Shown here one piece after another: positions 10,329 through 19,007 of a stretch of 55,046 nucleotides of DNA; positions within the stretch are counted from its first letter, which is position 1, and each line of letters starts with the position of its first letter. The DNA is taken from the IMG/VR virus record IMGVR_UViG_3300020451_002514, positions 1 to 55,046 of that record; one strand, 5' to 3'. Both the position numbers and the translations under genes were made by a program. The notes below the pieces were generated by a model that did not search any database, was not told the DNA's origin, and was given only the letters and a program-made list of their open reading frames with translations. Origin of the DNA: a virus. Its lineage: Duplodnaviria > Caudoviricetes.

Positions 10329-12043
10329 CTTAAATTAAATTCTGTTTTATCTTTTCCGTTGTGGGTATAACTGTATGTTCTTTGAGTAGTAGCATGAGGC
10401 AAGAAAGCTATATCAAAATGTCCTTGGCTGTCACCTCTACCTTCAAGCACATAGCAATTGTCTATTTGGGGTTGATATGGTAAAACTTTTTCTAAGTCAG
10501 GATTGTCATCAATCATGTGAAAATACTGCGGCTTAGTAAAAACATAAATCTTTTTGTCTGGATAAAGTCTTTTTACATTATGTATTAGCGAGTTTATCAT
10601 TAATACATCTCCAGCAGAATCAGGCATGACTATTGCTAGCCTGTCCTCCTGCTTTGTGTCGCCTAGTAAATCTTCTAAAGTCGTAGGTGGTTGTTCTTGC
10701 TTCTTAGGCTCGTCTAATGATAAAGGTTTCTTTAGAGACAATAAAATATGTTTTAGTTTATTCGCTATAACTGGAATTGAAAAAGTATTCTGTACATACT
10801 TGATTCCATTAGCACTGATTTTATATTTTTCTCCTTCATCCATCATATAGACCTTTTTTAATTTTGCGGCTATATCAAAAGGACAAGTTGAAGCTTTTAC
10901 AAATTGTGTTTGAGGTTCTCTATACTCATTCCATTTTAAAGGCAATCCTCCTTGATGCTCGTAGCAAGAATCAGTACCACAAGAATATTCAGTCACTAGT
11001 GTGATCAATCCAGCAGCTTTAGCTTCTTGGATTGGAAGTTCTTGCCCTCCACTTGTAAATGGGTGACAATATACATCCATGCAATTGTATATTTCATTTA
11101 ATTGAACTTCAGTAACACCCTTACCGCTAGTTTTTGTTTTTAGAGTTTTGTCTGTTCCGCAAGCTGGGCATTTTAATTCTTCTCCTCCATATGGCTGAAC
11201 GTGATAATGATCACATTTATGACAAAGATATGTGGCTAATACATCTTCTCTATCTACATTTTTTTCTTGTAGATATCTTGGAATATCCCATCCTTGTCCA
11301 ACTTCTGACCAATCAGTGTGTAGTAATAATTTTGGTTTGGCTTGTGGATTTTTTTCTTTAAAATTTCTGAAGCCATCTAGTAAATTTGGTACTGATTTTC
11401 TAAGTTGATTCTTGAAAACAAACCCAATGACATAATTGTCAGACAGATTAAATCTTTTTCTTATCTCGTCTCTATTATCAAGAGGTTTAAAGTTAGTATA
11501 ATCAACAGCTCCGTGCAATGTCTGTACATTTTTTCGCCCAAGCTTTTTCATCTCCTGTTCTGCAAACGATGCCCACACTAGCATCTTGTCGCAGTGAGGT
11601 TCCATTTGTAATGCTTGATCTAAAATTGGAACGCTATCCAAAGTTGTCCAAAGAATTTTGTTTATTTTATTCCACCAAGGTTTAGTTTCATACTGAGGGA
11701 ATGCCCATATATCTTCAACTCCAACATATACATCGGGCTTGCAGTCTTCTATGATTTCATCTATGGCATAACCTCCATAGGCGTTGTATCTTTCTTTTAG
11801 GGGATCTCCTTGTATTTGTTGAAGTACATTTGGATCTTGATTTAAAGTTCCATAAGATTTCCAAGGAGTTAAAAGGTTAGTTCCATAATTTATACCATTA
11901 GCAGCTTCAAATACTTCTATATTTGGATCTTGATGAAGTGCTAGTAATATATTTCTGGCATTCTTACCAAAGCCTGTAACCATCCGAGAATGGTTAGAAT
12001 GAAATAAAACTTTTAATTTTTTAGAAGGGGACTTCTTCGTCAT
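10325..12043 (-). CDS. GT4-like glycosyltransferase with a zinc-ribbon insert and a C-terminal GT9 N-lobe
   Basis: TGFG N-motif; NQLRKSVPNLL; YNCMDVYCHPFTSGGQELPIQEAKAAG (GT4); CHKC..CPAC insert; C-terminal SAGDVLMINSLIHNVKRLYPDKKIYVFT...NPDLEKV. Confidence 0.8.
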   Translation of the reverse strand: MTKKSPSKKLKVLFHSNHSRMVTGFGKNARNILLALHQDPNIEVFEAANGINYGTNLLTPWKSYGTLNQDPNVLQQIQGDPLKERYNAYGGYAIDEIIEDCKPDVYVGVEDIWAFPQYETKPWWNKINKILWTTLDSVPILDQALQMEPHCDKMLVWASFAEQEMKKLGRKNVQTLHGAVDYTNFKPLDNRDEIRKRFNLSDNYVIGFVFKNQLRKSVPNLLDGFRNFKEKNPQAKPKLLLHTDWSEVGQGWDIPRYLQEKNVDREDVLATYLCHKCDHYHVQPYGGEELKCPACGTDKTLKTKTSGKGVTEVQLNEIYNCMDVYCHPFTSGGQELPIQEAKAAGLITLVTEYSCGTDSCYEHQGGLPLKWNEYREPQTQFVKASTCPFDIAAKLKKVYMMDEGEKYKISANGIKYVQNTFSIPVIANKLKHILLSLKKPLSLDEPKKQEQPPTTLEDLLGDTKQEDRLAIVMPDSAGDVLMINSLIHNVKRLYPDKKIYVFTKPQYFHMIDDNPDLEKVLPYQPQIDNCYVLEGRGDSQGHFDIAFLPHATTQRTYSYTHNGKDKTEFNLR

Positions 12044-12584
12044 CGTCTTCGTCTATTTGGGGTTCTTTTGGCGCTGGTTTTTTATACTCTTTTTTAGGCA
12101 ATATAGAAGACTCAAATGACTGCTTTATAAATTCTTTTAATAGTTGAGCTAATACTTCAACTTCTCCCGCTTCAAGAGGGATTCTAAATATTTGTGTTGA
12201 ATTTCTAGTAATGTTAATACCAAAAGCTGGAGTCTCATACCATTTGTCTCCGTCTTTTTCTTTGACCTTGCGTTTTTTATCCCAAGGAGCAAATTTAATT
12301 ATAGTAGTATCTTGATCTTTTTTATGGAATGCAACAAAAGGTATTCTGTTTTTAAATGAAGATAAGATCTCACCTGCTTCTATAAGTGATAAAGCTGTAG
12401 TGGCAGACTTCTCAGGGTTTTTTGCATTCTCCTTGAAAGAGCCTGTTTTTCTACTGTCATTCCAGCTATATTGCTGAATCATTGAAACAAAAAGCACGGG
12501 TTTGTCATTCTTGCCTTTATTTATAGAGAAACTAAAGGCAGACCCTTGATTTTTAGAGTTTGGCTTATAAAGAGTAAAATTCAT
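12021..12584 (-). CDS. Putative ssDNA-binding protein, Whirly/PC4-like fold
   Basis: Acidic SSB-type tail DEDDDEEVPF. Two beta-sheet/helix units ending in ALSLIEAGEIL and IPLEAGEVEVLAQLL resemble the two Whirly helices. Confidence 0.6.
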   Translation of the reverse strand: MNFTLYKPNSKNQGSAFSFSINKGKNDKPVLFVSMIQQYSWNDSRKTGSFKENAKNPEKSATTALSLIEAGEILSSFKNRIPFVAFHKKDQDTTIIKFAPWDKKRKVKEKDGDKWYETPAFGINITRNSTQIFRIPLEAGEVEVLAQLLKEFIKQSFESSILPKKEYKKPAPKEPQIDEDDDEEVPF

Positions 12585-12622
12585 TGAATTAGTGTAAAGT
12601 TATTTAGATAATCTATTGTAGT

Positions 12623-13411
12623 ATGCCATTTAATAAAATTCAACCTGAACAGATACAATTAGCGACTTTTTTTAGTTCTTCTGGAGATATTTCTATTAAT
12701 CAAACTGACACTGGAGTTGCCTTAAATTTATCTAGAGAAATCACTGGCGATTTTGCTTTAACTGGAAACTCTTCAAATCCATTTGTTATTAACAAGAGAC
12801 CTGTATTCAGCATGCCTAGAACTGGCACAAATACTATCGATGATTTTAATAGTGGAACTTTTGTTTTTAATGGATCTAGCAACACTGTAAGTGGCACTAG
12901 AAATATGGTCATCAATGGCGCTAGTAATGTGTTTACAGGAAATGGTATAGATAATGTTGTTGTAAATGGAGCTTCTAGTGATTTTGGGTCAGGGGTGAAT
13001 AGCTGCACAAGTTTAGCTGGAGATGGTGCTAATTTTGCTGATCAAACTACAGGAGCTGTTATAATAACAGATGTCACAACTAGCACTCCTGCACCAGTAT
13101 CAAACCATTCAATGTTGATTGACTTTAACTCTGGAACATTCTTTCAAGGTTCACCTACAAGATTTCTTACAGATATTAACATTAAAAATACAGCGTCTGG
13201 TTTATTTTCAGGAAATTTAAATGTTATAGGGAATTCTTTTTTATCAGGTACAAATATAAGCGGGGTAGCAAAATTTAATACAGGCTTTACACTTCCTCAA
13301 TGGGTTGGTTCAAGCATGGCAGGTACTTCTGGATCTATGGCTGTATCAGGAACAAGCTTGGCTATATTTTTAGGAGGAGTTTGGTATGGTATAGGGACTC
13401 AGACTATTTAA
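12623..13411 (+). CDS. Short fibre-like structural protein
   Basis: Gly/Ser/Asn beta-helix-like repeats (VFNGSSN, VINGASN, VVNGASS) and a C-terminal GSMAVSGTSLAIFLGGVW fibre motif. Opposite strand to its neighbours. Confidence 0.55.
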   Translation: MPFNKIQPEQIQLATFFSSSGDISINQTDTGVALNLSREITGDFALTGNSSNPFVINKRPVFSMPRTGTNTIDDFNSGTFVFNGSSNTVSGTRNMVINGASNVFTGNGIDNVVVNGASSDFGSGVNSCTSLAGDGANFADQTTGAVIITDVTTSTPAPVSNHSMLIDFNSGTFFQGSPTRFLTDINIKNTASGLFSGNLNVIGNSFLSGTNISGVAKFNTGFTLPQWVGSSMAGTSGSMAVSGTSLAIFLGGVWYGIGTQTI

Positions 13412-13797
13412 TCGAAGTCAACTTTAATATCCTTTGTTTCAAAGGTTTTCTTTTGACCAAGTTGAGATGTGTGTTTTTTTCCGCCTGTTTTTTTAGAGTA
13501 ATTTCCTAAAGCTTTTTTCTTAATTGGATCTACACCTCCATTTGCCTCTGCTCTGCGTTCACTGAGTTCTGCCGAGTAGTCTAATAGATCGCCGACAGTG
13601 CCTTTCATATTCGCCGTCTTCTCTACATAGTTATTTGCACTAAAAGGATCATCACTGGCTGATACGGCCATATTTGGAGCAAAAAAGACCCTTTCCCACT
13701 CAACACCATCTTTGGAGTAAGTATGAGGGTCATTCATAGATTGAATAACTTCCTCATACTCCTCCTCGGTAGGGTGTTTGTAGATGTAAATAGGCAT
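13408..13797 (-). CDS. FmdB-like protein lacking the zinc-binding cysteines
   Basis: MPIYIYKHPTEEEYEEVIQSMND...WERVF follows the FmdB MPxYxYxCxxC pattern but has no Cys. Confidence 0.5.
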   Translation of the reverse strand: MPIYIYKHPTEEEYEEVIQSMNDPHTYSKDGVEWERVFFAPNMAVSASDDPFSANNYVEKTANMKGTVGDLLDYSAELSERRAEANGGVDPIKKKALGNYSKKTGGKKHTSQLGQKKTFETKDIKVDFD

Positions 13798-14129
13798 TAA
13801 TCAACAGAGATTTCTCTTCTCTCACTTACGCATTTTTTAGGTAATGTGATTGTAAGTAGCCCGTCTTTTGTAGTTGATTTTATATGGTCAACTGAGACAG
13901 CTCCATATAAATTTAATTTTAATTCCTTTTCACGGCTATCATTTTTAGCTTTAACTTCTAAAACTTCATTTGTAGCAGTGATAGTGATGTCATCTTTTGA
14001 AAATCCAGCAAGCTCTGCTTCAGCTACATAGACATCTCCTGATTCTTTCATTGTTATATAGTTCTTTGGTGCATTTCCAAATACATCAAAGAGTGAGTCG
14101 TATAAATGGGTGTTTAATTTGTAATTCAT
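13797..14129 (-). CDS. Small heat shock protein (Hsp20)
   Basis: AELAGFSKDDITIT...KDGLLTITLPK...REISVD alpha-crystallin motifs. Start moved to the ATG at 14129, downstream of a promoter. Confidence 0.9.
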   Translation of the reverse strand: MNYKLNTHLYDSLFDVFGNAPKNYITMKESGDVYVAEAELAGFSKDDITITATNEVLEVKAKNDSREKELKLNLYGAVSVDHIKSTTKDGLLTITLPKKCVSERREISVD

Positions 14130-14138
14130 AATGCTTAT

Positions 14139-14167
14139 ATTATAACATAATTTGTGCCATAACTCAA
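14139..14167 (-). promoter_or_regulatory. Sigma70-type promoter of hsp20
   Basis: Minus strand TTGAGT-N17-TATAAT with an extended -10 TG, 9 nt before the ATG at 14129. Confidence 0.6.
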
Positions 14168-15252
14168 ACACTGTATATACAGTCTAAGATAGAATCTATG
14201 GTGTTTTTATAGGTAAATTTGTCACGCAATTTTGTCCCTTCTGTGTTAAGTTGTCCCACTCTTTTTTCAGCTTCTTCCATTGCTGAAATTATAGTTTTCC
14301 CATCTAACTTGTAATAATTACCTTGATTGAATGGAGCGCCCTCTTTGAAAAATAGATTATCGTAGCACGGTTGTTTTCCTATGGGGTCTACAAGTATTGC
14401 GTTGTCTTTTGTGGCCCAATCTTTATGTGAACTACAGTTACTTACTAGAGACCATTTTCCTAAAGCTGTACAATTAAATGCGGGTAAATTCCATCCTTCT
14501 CCATTTGAAAGTCCCGATAAATCAATATCAATATTATTCATTAATATATTAACTTCTTCATTTGTTTTAAGAGGAGGTAAAAAATTAATATTACTCCAAT
14601 GATTATTCATTGTAGAGCTGTTTACAGCTTGCTGCATTTGCTCTTGATTTAGAAAAGAATTATTTACTAAGCAACTCAACTGATATTTAGGATTATTCCC
14701 ATATTTATTTAGCCATAATTGTATCAAAGCTTGAGTATTTTTCCTTCTTTCAAACTTTCCAATCAGCCCAAAATGGATAATTTGTTTATCAAATTCTTTT
14801 GGTATTTCTTTGAAGTCGGGATCAAAGCCTAGAGGTATGGCTGAAACGTTTGTACATCCCTTTTGTTTAAAAGCATTTGCAGCCTCTGTTGAAGAAAAGA
14901 AAACATGTTTTTGCATTTTAACAATATTTACCTCCTCAACTGTTGGAGAATCTAGCTCATAAAAAGTATACAAATACTGATTTTGACCTAATGTTTTTTC
15001 TGAGCCGTTTAGATGCCAAAGTTTTAAAGTGGGAGTATCTTTATCAAGTTTTCCTAGTCTTTGTGCTGCAATTGAAGAGACCCACTGTTTGAATTCATCA
15101 TTAATTGTATTGAAGGCTGAGAAATCTCCTTGGTCGCCTATAGGGTGAAGACTTATGTCTATTTCGTGTTCTTTTAAAACTCTTAAAAAATTTACAGAAA
15201 CATTTCCGAAGCTTAATGAATTTATTGGAGCTTCAAAGTTTAATTTTTTCAT
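14164..15252 (-). CDS. GT4-like glycosyltransferase
   Basis: IPLGFDPDF; GKFERRKN; SNGEGWNLPAFNCTALGK (GT-B/GT4 motif). Confidence 0.85.
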   Translation of the reverse strand: MKKLNFEAPINSLSFGNVSVNFLRVLKEHEIDISLHPIGDQGDFSAFNTINDEFKQWVSSIAAQRLGKLDKDTPTLKLWHLNGSEKTLGQNQYLYTFYELDSPTVEEVNIVKMQKHVFFSSTEAANAFKQKGCTNVSAIPLGFDPDFKEIPKEFDKQIIHFGLIGKFERRKNTQALIQLWLNKYGNNPKYQLSCLVNNSFLNQEQMQQAVNSSTMNNHWSNINFLPPLKTNEEVNILMNNIDIDLSGLSNGEGWNLPAFNCTALGKWSLVSNCSSHKDWATKDNAILVDPIGKQPCYDNLFFKEGAPFNQGNYYKLDGKTIISAMEEAEKRVGQLNTEGTKLRDKFTYKNTIDSILDCIYSV

Positions 15253-15841
15253 TTTCTATTTTAGATTTTATTTCCTTTATAGCTTTATCGTGAATATTTA
15301 TACAACCTTGAGCTGAAAGATTTACCTTCTCTGCAACTAATTTCCAAGGTTTCAATTTGCACCCTTTGCCGTTAAAATATCTTTCATTAAATATTGTTTT
15401 AAGCCTTTCATCTCTGTGTTTAAATATTAAATTTAAAATTCTTTTAAATGAGTCATTGAACACACAATTTTCATCAGGTCTCTTTGACCTGTCTTGTTGA
15501 TTGTTCTTTTTTTGTTCTTCTCTCTCTTCAAAACTTACAAGTCTTAAATTTTTTTTGTTTTTAGTTTTTTGAGTTAAACACATGTATTTAGTTTTATTGG
15601 CCAAATGTGTAGAAAACTTAGCTTTTTCAGGATTATATTCCAGAGCAGCTTTGTAAATAACATAATCTTTATCTTCCATAATATCACTAATCTGATTGAA
15701 AGATAGGCTGTTGTAGCCAAATTTTTTCAACATATCGACGTAGATACCAGAATGCCTAGAAATTAACTCTTGAAGAGCTAATTCATCATTTTTTTCTTGT
15801 ACCAAAACGGTTAAATCAGTGTCTGTCAGAGATTTAGTCAC
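15233..15841 (-). CDS. Phage RNA polymerase sigma factor (sigma70 family)
   Basis: ALQELISRHSG...IYKAALEYNPEKAKFSTHL (region 2) and WKLVAEKVNLSAQGCINIHDKAIKEIK (region 4 HTH). A GTG start at 15841 is preferred over 15964 because of the upstream promoter. Confidence 0.8.
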   Translation of the reverse strand: MTKSLTDTDLTVLVQEKNDELALQELISRHSGIYVDMLKKFGYNSLSFNQISDIMEDKDYVIYKAALEYNPEKAKFSTHLANKTKYMCLTQKTKNKKNLRLVSFEEREEQKKNNQQDRSKRPDENCVFNDSFKRILNLIFKHRDERLKTIFNERYFNGKGCKLKPWKLVAEKVNLSAQGCINIHDKAIKEIKSKIENEKIKL

Positions 15842-15848
15842 TAAATCT

Positions 15849-15876
15849 ACTATAAGAACAAATATAAAAAAATCAA
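15849..15876 (-). promoter_or_regulatory. Sigma70-type promoter of the sigma factor gene
   Basis: Minus strand TTGATT-N16-TATAGT, 7 nt before the GTG at 15841. Confidence 0.5.
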
Positions 15877-15894
15877 CTTTTTTTTTGAATTTTG

Positions 15895-15922
15895 TTGACA
15901 AGGGAAAAATTTTACCTATCAT
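15895..15922 (+). promoter_or_regulatory. Sigma70-type promoter facing nrdB
   Basis: TTGACA-N16-TATCAT. Confidence 0.55.
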
Positions 15923-16058
15923 TACGTAATCCGTAAGGTTACGATATACTTTACTTATCTTCACTGTAAGGTTACGATATATCTTACATCTTCACTCTCT
16001 TAACGTAATGGTTACGCATTATATTTATATTTTACTTCGTAAAATATATAAATATAAT
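15921..16058. repeat. Direct repeats with palindromic cores plus an AT-rich hairpin
   Basis: GTAAGGTTACGATATA at 15933 and 15966 (33-bp period); variant GTAATGGTTACG at 16005; palindrome ATTACGTAAT at 15921; inverted repeat 16018-16058. Confidence 0.85.
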
Positions 16059-16116
16059 AAAGCTTCGCTTTTTTTAATAAATTTTTCTTGACTGACTTCT
16101 CTGGTCGTATAAGCTC

Positions 16117-16122
16117 GTGTAA
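16117..16122 (+). promoter_or_regulatory. GTGTAA motif (candidate phage promoter) 9 nt before nrdB
   Basis: Same motif and spacing as at 44125 and 47024. Confidence 0.45.
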
Positions 16123-16131
16123 ATTTACGCA

Positions 16132-17103
16132 ATGATTTTTGAAGAACAAGTATCCAGAAAGCCAGATCACTACCCATGGGCGCAAGAATTTATTGAAGCT
16201 ATGCACAACGGGTTTTGGACTGATAAAGAGTTTAGTTTCACAAGTGATGTCCAAGATTTCAAAGTAAATCTTAATGAGACTGAGAAAGAGATGGTGATTA
16301 GAACACTGTCTGCAATAGGTCAAATTGAGGTTGCTGTTAAAAAGTTTTGGAGCAAGCTTGGAGATAATTTGCCACATCCTAGCTTAACAGACCTCGGCTA
16401 TGTTATGGCGAACATAGAGGTCATTCATAATAATGCTTATGAGCGTCTACTGAAGGTTTTAGGTCTTGAAGATATTTTTGAGCAAAATTTAAAATTAGAT
16501 TTTATAGAAGGTCGTGTAAAATATCTTAGAAAATACAATCATAAGTTTTACAAGGATTCAAAAAAACAATATGTTTATTCGATCATTCTTTTCACGCTTT
16601 TTGTGGAGAATGTTTCTCTGTTTTCGCAGTTTTATATTGTCAACTGGTTTAATCGTTATAGGAATGTACTTAAAGATACTGGACAGCAAGTCAAGTATAC
16701 GAGAAATGAGGAGAACATTCATGCGTTGGCTGGGATTATGATTGTAAATACAATTAGGGAAGAGCATCCAGAATTATTTGACGAAGAGTTAGAAGAAAGA
16801 ATTTTACAAGAAGCTCAAGCTGCTTTTAAAGCAGAATCAAAAATTGTTGATTGGATGATTAATGGGTTTAATGAAAAAGGTTTGAGCGCTCCAATTTTAA
16901 AAGAGTTTATAAAAAATAGAATTAACGAATCTTTAGAGCAGATAAATTTTAAAAAAGCTTTTGAGGTTGACAAGTCTTTGTTGCAAGATACAGTATGGTT
17001 TGAAGAAGAATTATTAGGCAATAATGCCACTGACTTTTTCCACACTAGACCCGTGGAATATGCAAAAAATTCTCAAACATTTGACGCTGACGATTTATTT
17101 TAA
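16132..17103 (+). CDS. nrdB: Ribonucleotide reductase class Ia beta subunit
   Basis: FWTDKEF; EVIHNNAY; ENVSLFSQF; EENIH; DFFHTRPVEYAK. Confidence 0.95.
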   Translation: MIFEEQVSRKPDHYPWAQEFIEAMHNGFWTDKEFSFTSDVQDFKVNLNETEKEMVIRTLSAIGQIEVAVKKFWSKLGDNLPHPSLTDLGYVMANIEVIHNNAYERLLKVLGLEDIFEQNLKLDFIEGRVKYLRKYNHKFYKDSKKQYVYSIILFTLFVENVSLFSQFYIVNWFNRYRNVLKDTGQQVKYTRNEENIHALAGIMIVNTIREEHPELFDEELEERILQEAQAAFKAESKIVDWMINGFNEKGLSAPILKEFIKNRINESLEQINFKKAFEVDKSLLQDTVWFEEELLGNNATDFFHTRPVEYAKNSQTFDADDLF

Positions 17104-18749
17104 TGAAAGACTACTACTGGTTAAACGAAGATTCTATAAAATTTCTTGAGAGAGGTTATCTTAAAGAAGGAGAAAGCCCAGAAAAAAGAATAAGAGACAT
17201 AGCTGAAGCGGCTGAAAAGTATTTAAAACAAGGAGGTTTTGCCGATAAGTTTGAAGGATACATGAAGCAGGGTTTTTATTCTCTTGCTAGTCCAGTATGG
17301 TCAAATTTTGGTAGGTCTAGAGGTTTGCCAATCTCTTGCAATGGTGTCTACATTGAGGATAAAATGCACTCTATTTTAGAGAAACAAGCTGAGGTTGGAA
17401 TGCAAACAAAACATGGATCAGGGACTTCTGGTTACTTTGGTTCTCTTAGAGGTAGAGGTGTCCCTATTAGTGTGGGTGGAGTGTCTGCTGGAGCGGTTTA
17501 CTTTATGGAGCTTTTTGATAAGGTTGCCTCAATCGTTTCTCAAGGTCATGTTAGAAGAGGATCTTTTGCTGCTTATCTACCTATCGATCATCCAGACATA
17601 GAAGAATTTCTTAGAATTAGAAGTGAAGGAAATCCAATTCAAGAAATGTCTTTTGCAGTTTGTATAGATGATGAGTGGATGCAGTCAATGGTTGATGGAG
17701 ATAAAGATAAAAGAAAAGTTTGGGCAAATGTGATAAAGAAAAGATTTGAAACTGGATATCCTTACATATTTTTTACAGACAACGCGAATAAGCAAGCTCC
17801 AGAATGTTATAAAGATAAAGATTTAAAAATTCATGCGTCAAATCTCTGTAGTGAGATAGCGCTTCACTCATCGGAGGAAGAGTCTTTTGTTTGTTGTTTA
17901 TCTTCTCTTAATTTACTTCGGTGGGATGAAATAAAAGAAACTGATGCTGTAGAAACTCTAGTTAAATTCTTAGATGCTGTCATGGAGGAGTACATCTATA
18001 AAACGGAAAATATTCCTTTCATGAAGTCTTGTCATAACTTTGCTAAAAGACAAAGAGCTTTGGGTATGGGAGTGTTAGGATGGCACTCATTACTACAATC
18101 AAAAATGATTTCTTTTGAGAGCATGGAATCTAAATTTTTGAATGCTGAGATACATAGCATAATAAAAGATAGAGCAGATAGAGCGACTCATGAATTAGCT
18201 GAGGAGTTTGGAGAGCCAGAATATCTTAGAGGTTACGGAAGAAGAAATGTAACAACAATGGCTATAGCTCCAACAACATCTAGCTCATTCATACTAGGTC
18301 AAGTTTCTCCATCGATAGAACCTCTCAATAGTAATTATTTTACCAAAGATTTAGCTAAAGGTAAATTTACTTTTAAAAATAAATTCTTAGAAGATCTTTT
18401 AGAAGAAAAGGGTAAAAATAATCAGACTACTTGGAAGTCTATTTTAGTTAAAGGTGGATCTGTTCAACATTTAGATTTTTTGTCAGAGGAAGAAAAAGCT
18501 GTTTTCAAAACTTTTGGAGAGATATCACAAAAAGAAATTGTCATTCAAGCGGCGCAAAGACAAAAGCATATTGATCAAGGACAAAGTTTAAATGTGATGA
18601 TTGCTCCTAAATGCCCACCAAAACAAGTTAGTGAACTTCTTATTTATGGTTGGGAGCAAGGTGTTAAAAGTTTTTACTATCAAAGAAGTGCTAATCCTAG
18701 TCAAGAATTAGCGAGATCTATCCTTGATTGTAGCTCTTGCGAGGGCTAA
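17103..18749 (+). CDS. nrdA: Ribonucleotide reductase class Ia alpha subunit (short, no ATP cone)
   Basis: ISC; VRRGS; SNLCSEI; AIAPTTSSS; FYYQRS; C-terminal CSSCEG. Confidence 0.95.
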   Translation: MKDYYWLNEDSIKFLERGYLKEGESPEKRIRDIAEAAEKYLKQGGFADKFEGYMKQGFYSLASPVWSNFGRSRGLPISCNGVYIEDKMHSILEKQAEVGMQTKHGSGTSGYFGSLRGRGVPISVGGVSAGAVYFMELFDKVASIVSQGHVRRGSFAAYLPIDHPDIEEFLRIRSEGNPIQEMSFAVCIDDEWMQSMVDGDKDKRKVWANVIKKRFETGYPYIFFTDNANKQAPECYKDKDLKIHASNLCSEIALHSSEEESFVCCLSSLNLLRWDEIKETDAVETLVKFLDAVMEEYIYKTENIPFMKSCHNFAKRQRALGMGVLGWHSLLQSKMISFESMESKFLNAEIHSIIKDRADRATHELAEEFGEPEYLRGYGRRNVTTMAIAPTTSSSFILGQVSPSIEPLNSNYFTKDLAKGKFTFKNKFLEDLLEEKGKNNQTTWKSILVKGGSVQHLDFLSEEEKAVFKTFGEISQKEIVIQAAQRQKHIDQGQSLNVMIAPKCPPKQVSELLIYGWEQGVKSFYYQRSANPSQELARSILDCSSCEG

Positions 18750-18786
18750 TTTCCCTTTCTATTTGTAAAGTGTATATACAGTCACT

Positions 18787-18906
18787 ATGACTGAATTATA
18801 CACAATAATAACAGAGGAGCAGGATACGCAAGACCCTGACTTTACGTCTGATGATACCTTAGCTTTTATTTTAGGTAAAATCGATGAAGAAATCTCTGAA
18901 GATTAG
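18787..18906 (+). CDS. Small acidic protein, 39 aa (not in the ORF track)
   Basis: MTELYTIITEEQDTQDPDFTSDDTLAFILGKIDEEISED*, preceded by GTGTAT at 18770. Confidence 0.55.
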   Translation: MTELYTIITEEQDTQDPDFTSDDTLAFILGKIDEEISED

Positions 18907-19007
18907 TTGAAAAAAACTACGCTAGCCTTAAAATAGAGAAGTCAAGGGTTAAACTCCTTGAGGTCATAGTATGCCTCTGGGTCGAATAATTTTTGGCCCA
19001 GAGGTTT
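18907..19007 (+). promoter_or_regulatory. Promoter plus two-hairpin leader or small RNA upstream of the sugar island
   Basis: TTGAAA-N16-TAAAAT, then stems TCAAGG/CCTTGA (18942-18961) and CCTCTGGGTC/GGCCCAGAGG (18974-19004) followed by TTT-ATG. Confidence 0.55.

Noticed and set aside
14145-14160. Sigma54-like TGGCAC element upstream of hsp20
   Set aside because: The -12 TTGC element is poorly matched, and a sigma70 -35/extended -10 explains the region.
15842-15964. N-terminal extension of the sigma factor as given in the ORF track
   Set aside because: It runs through promoter and repeat DNA. A promoter-adjacent GTG at 15841 fits better.
15921-16020. Possible mini CRISPR array, given a Cas4-like gene in the window
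   Set aside because: Only 2-3 units with a 33-bp period, and the intervening sequences resemble each other rather than being unique spacers. There are no cas1/cas2 genes, and solo Cas4-like nucleases are common in phages.
16012-16377. 121-aa minus-strand ORF and the other short antisense or nested ORFs in the track (e.g. 1669, 3592, 6498, 12700, 39816, 48109, 52892, 54549)
   Set aside because: They are shadows of well-supported genes on the other strand or frame and have no recognisable motifs.
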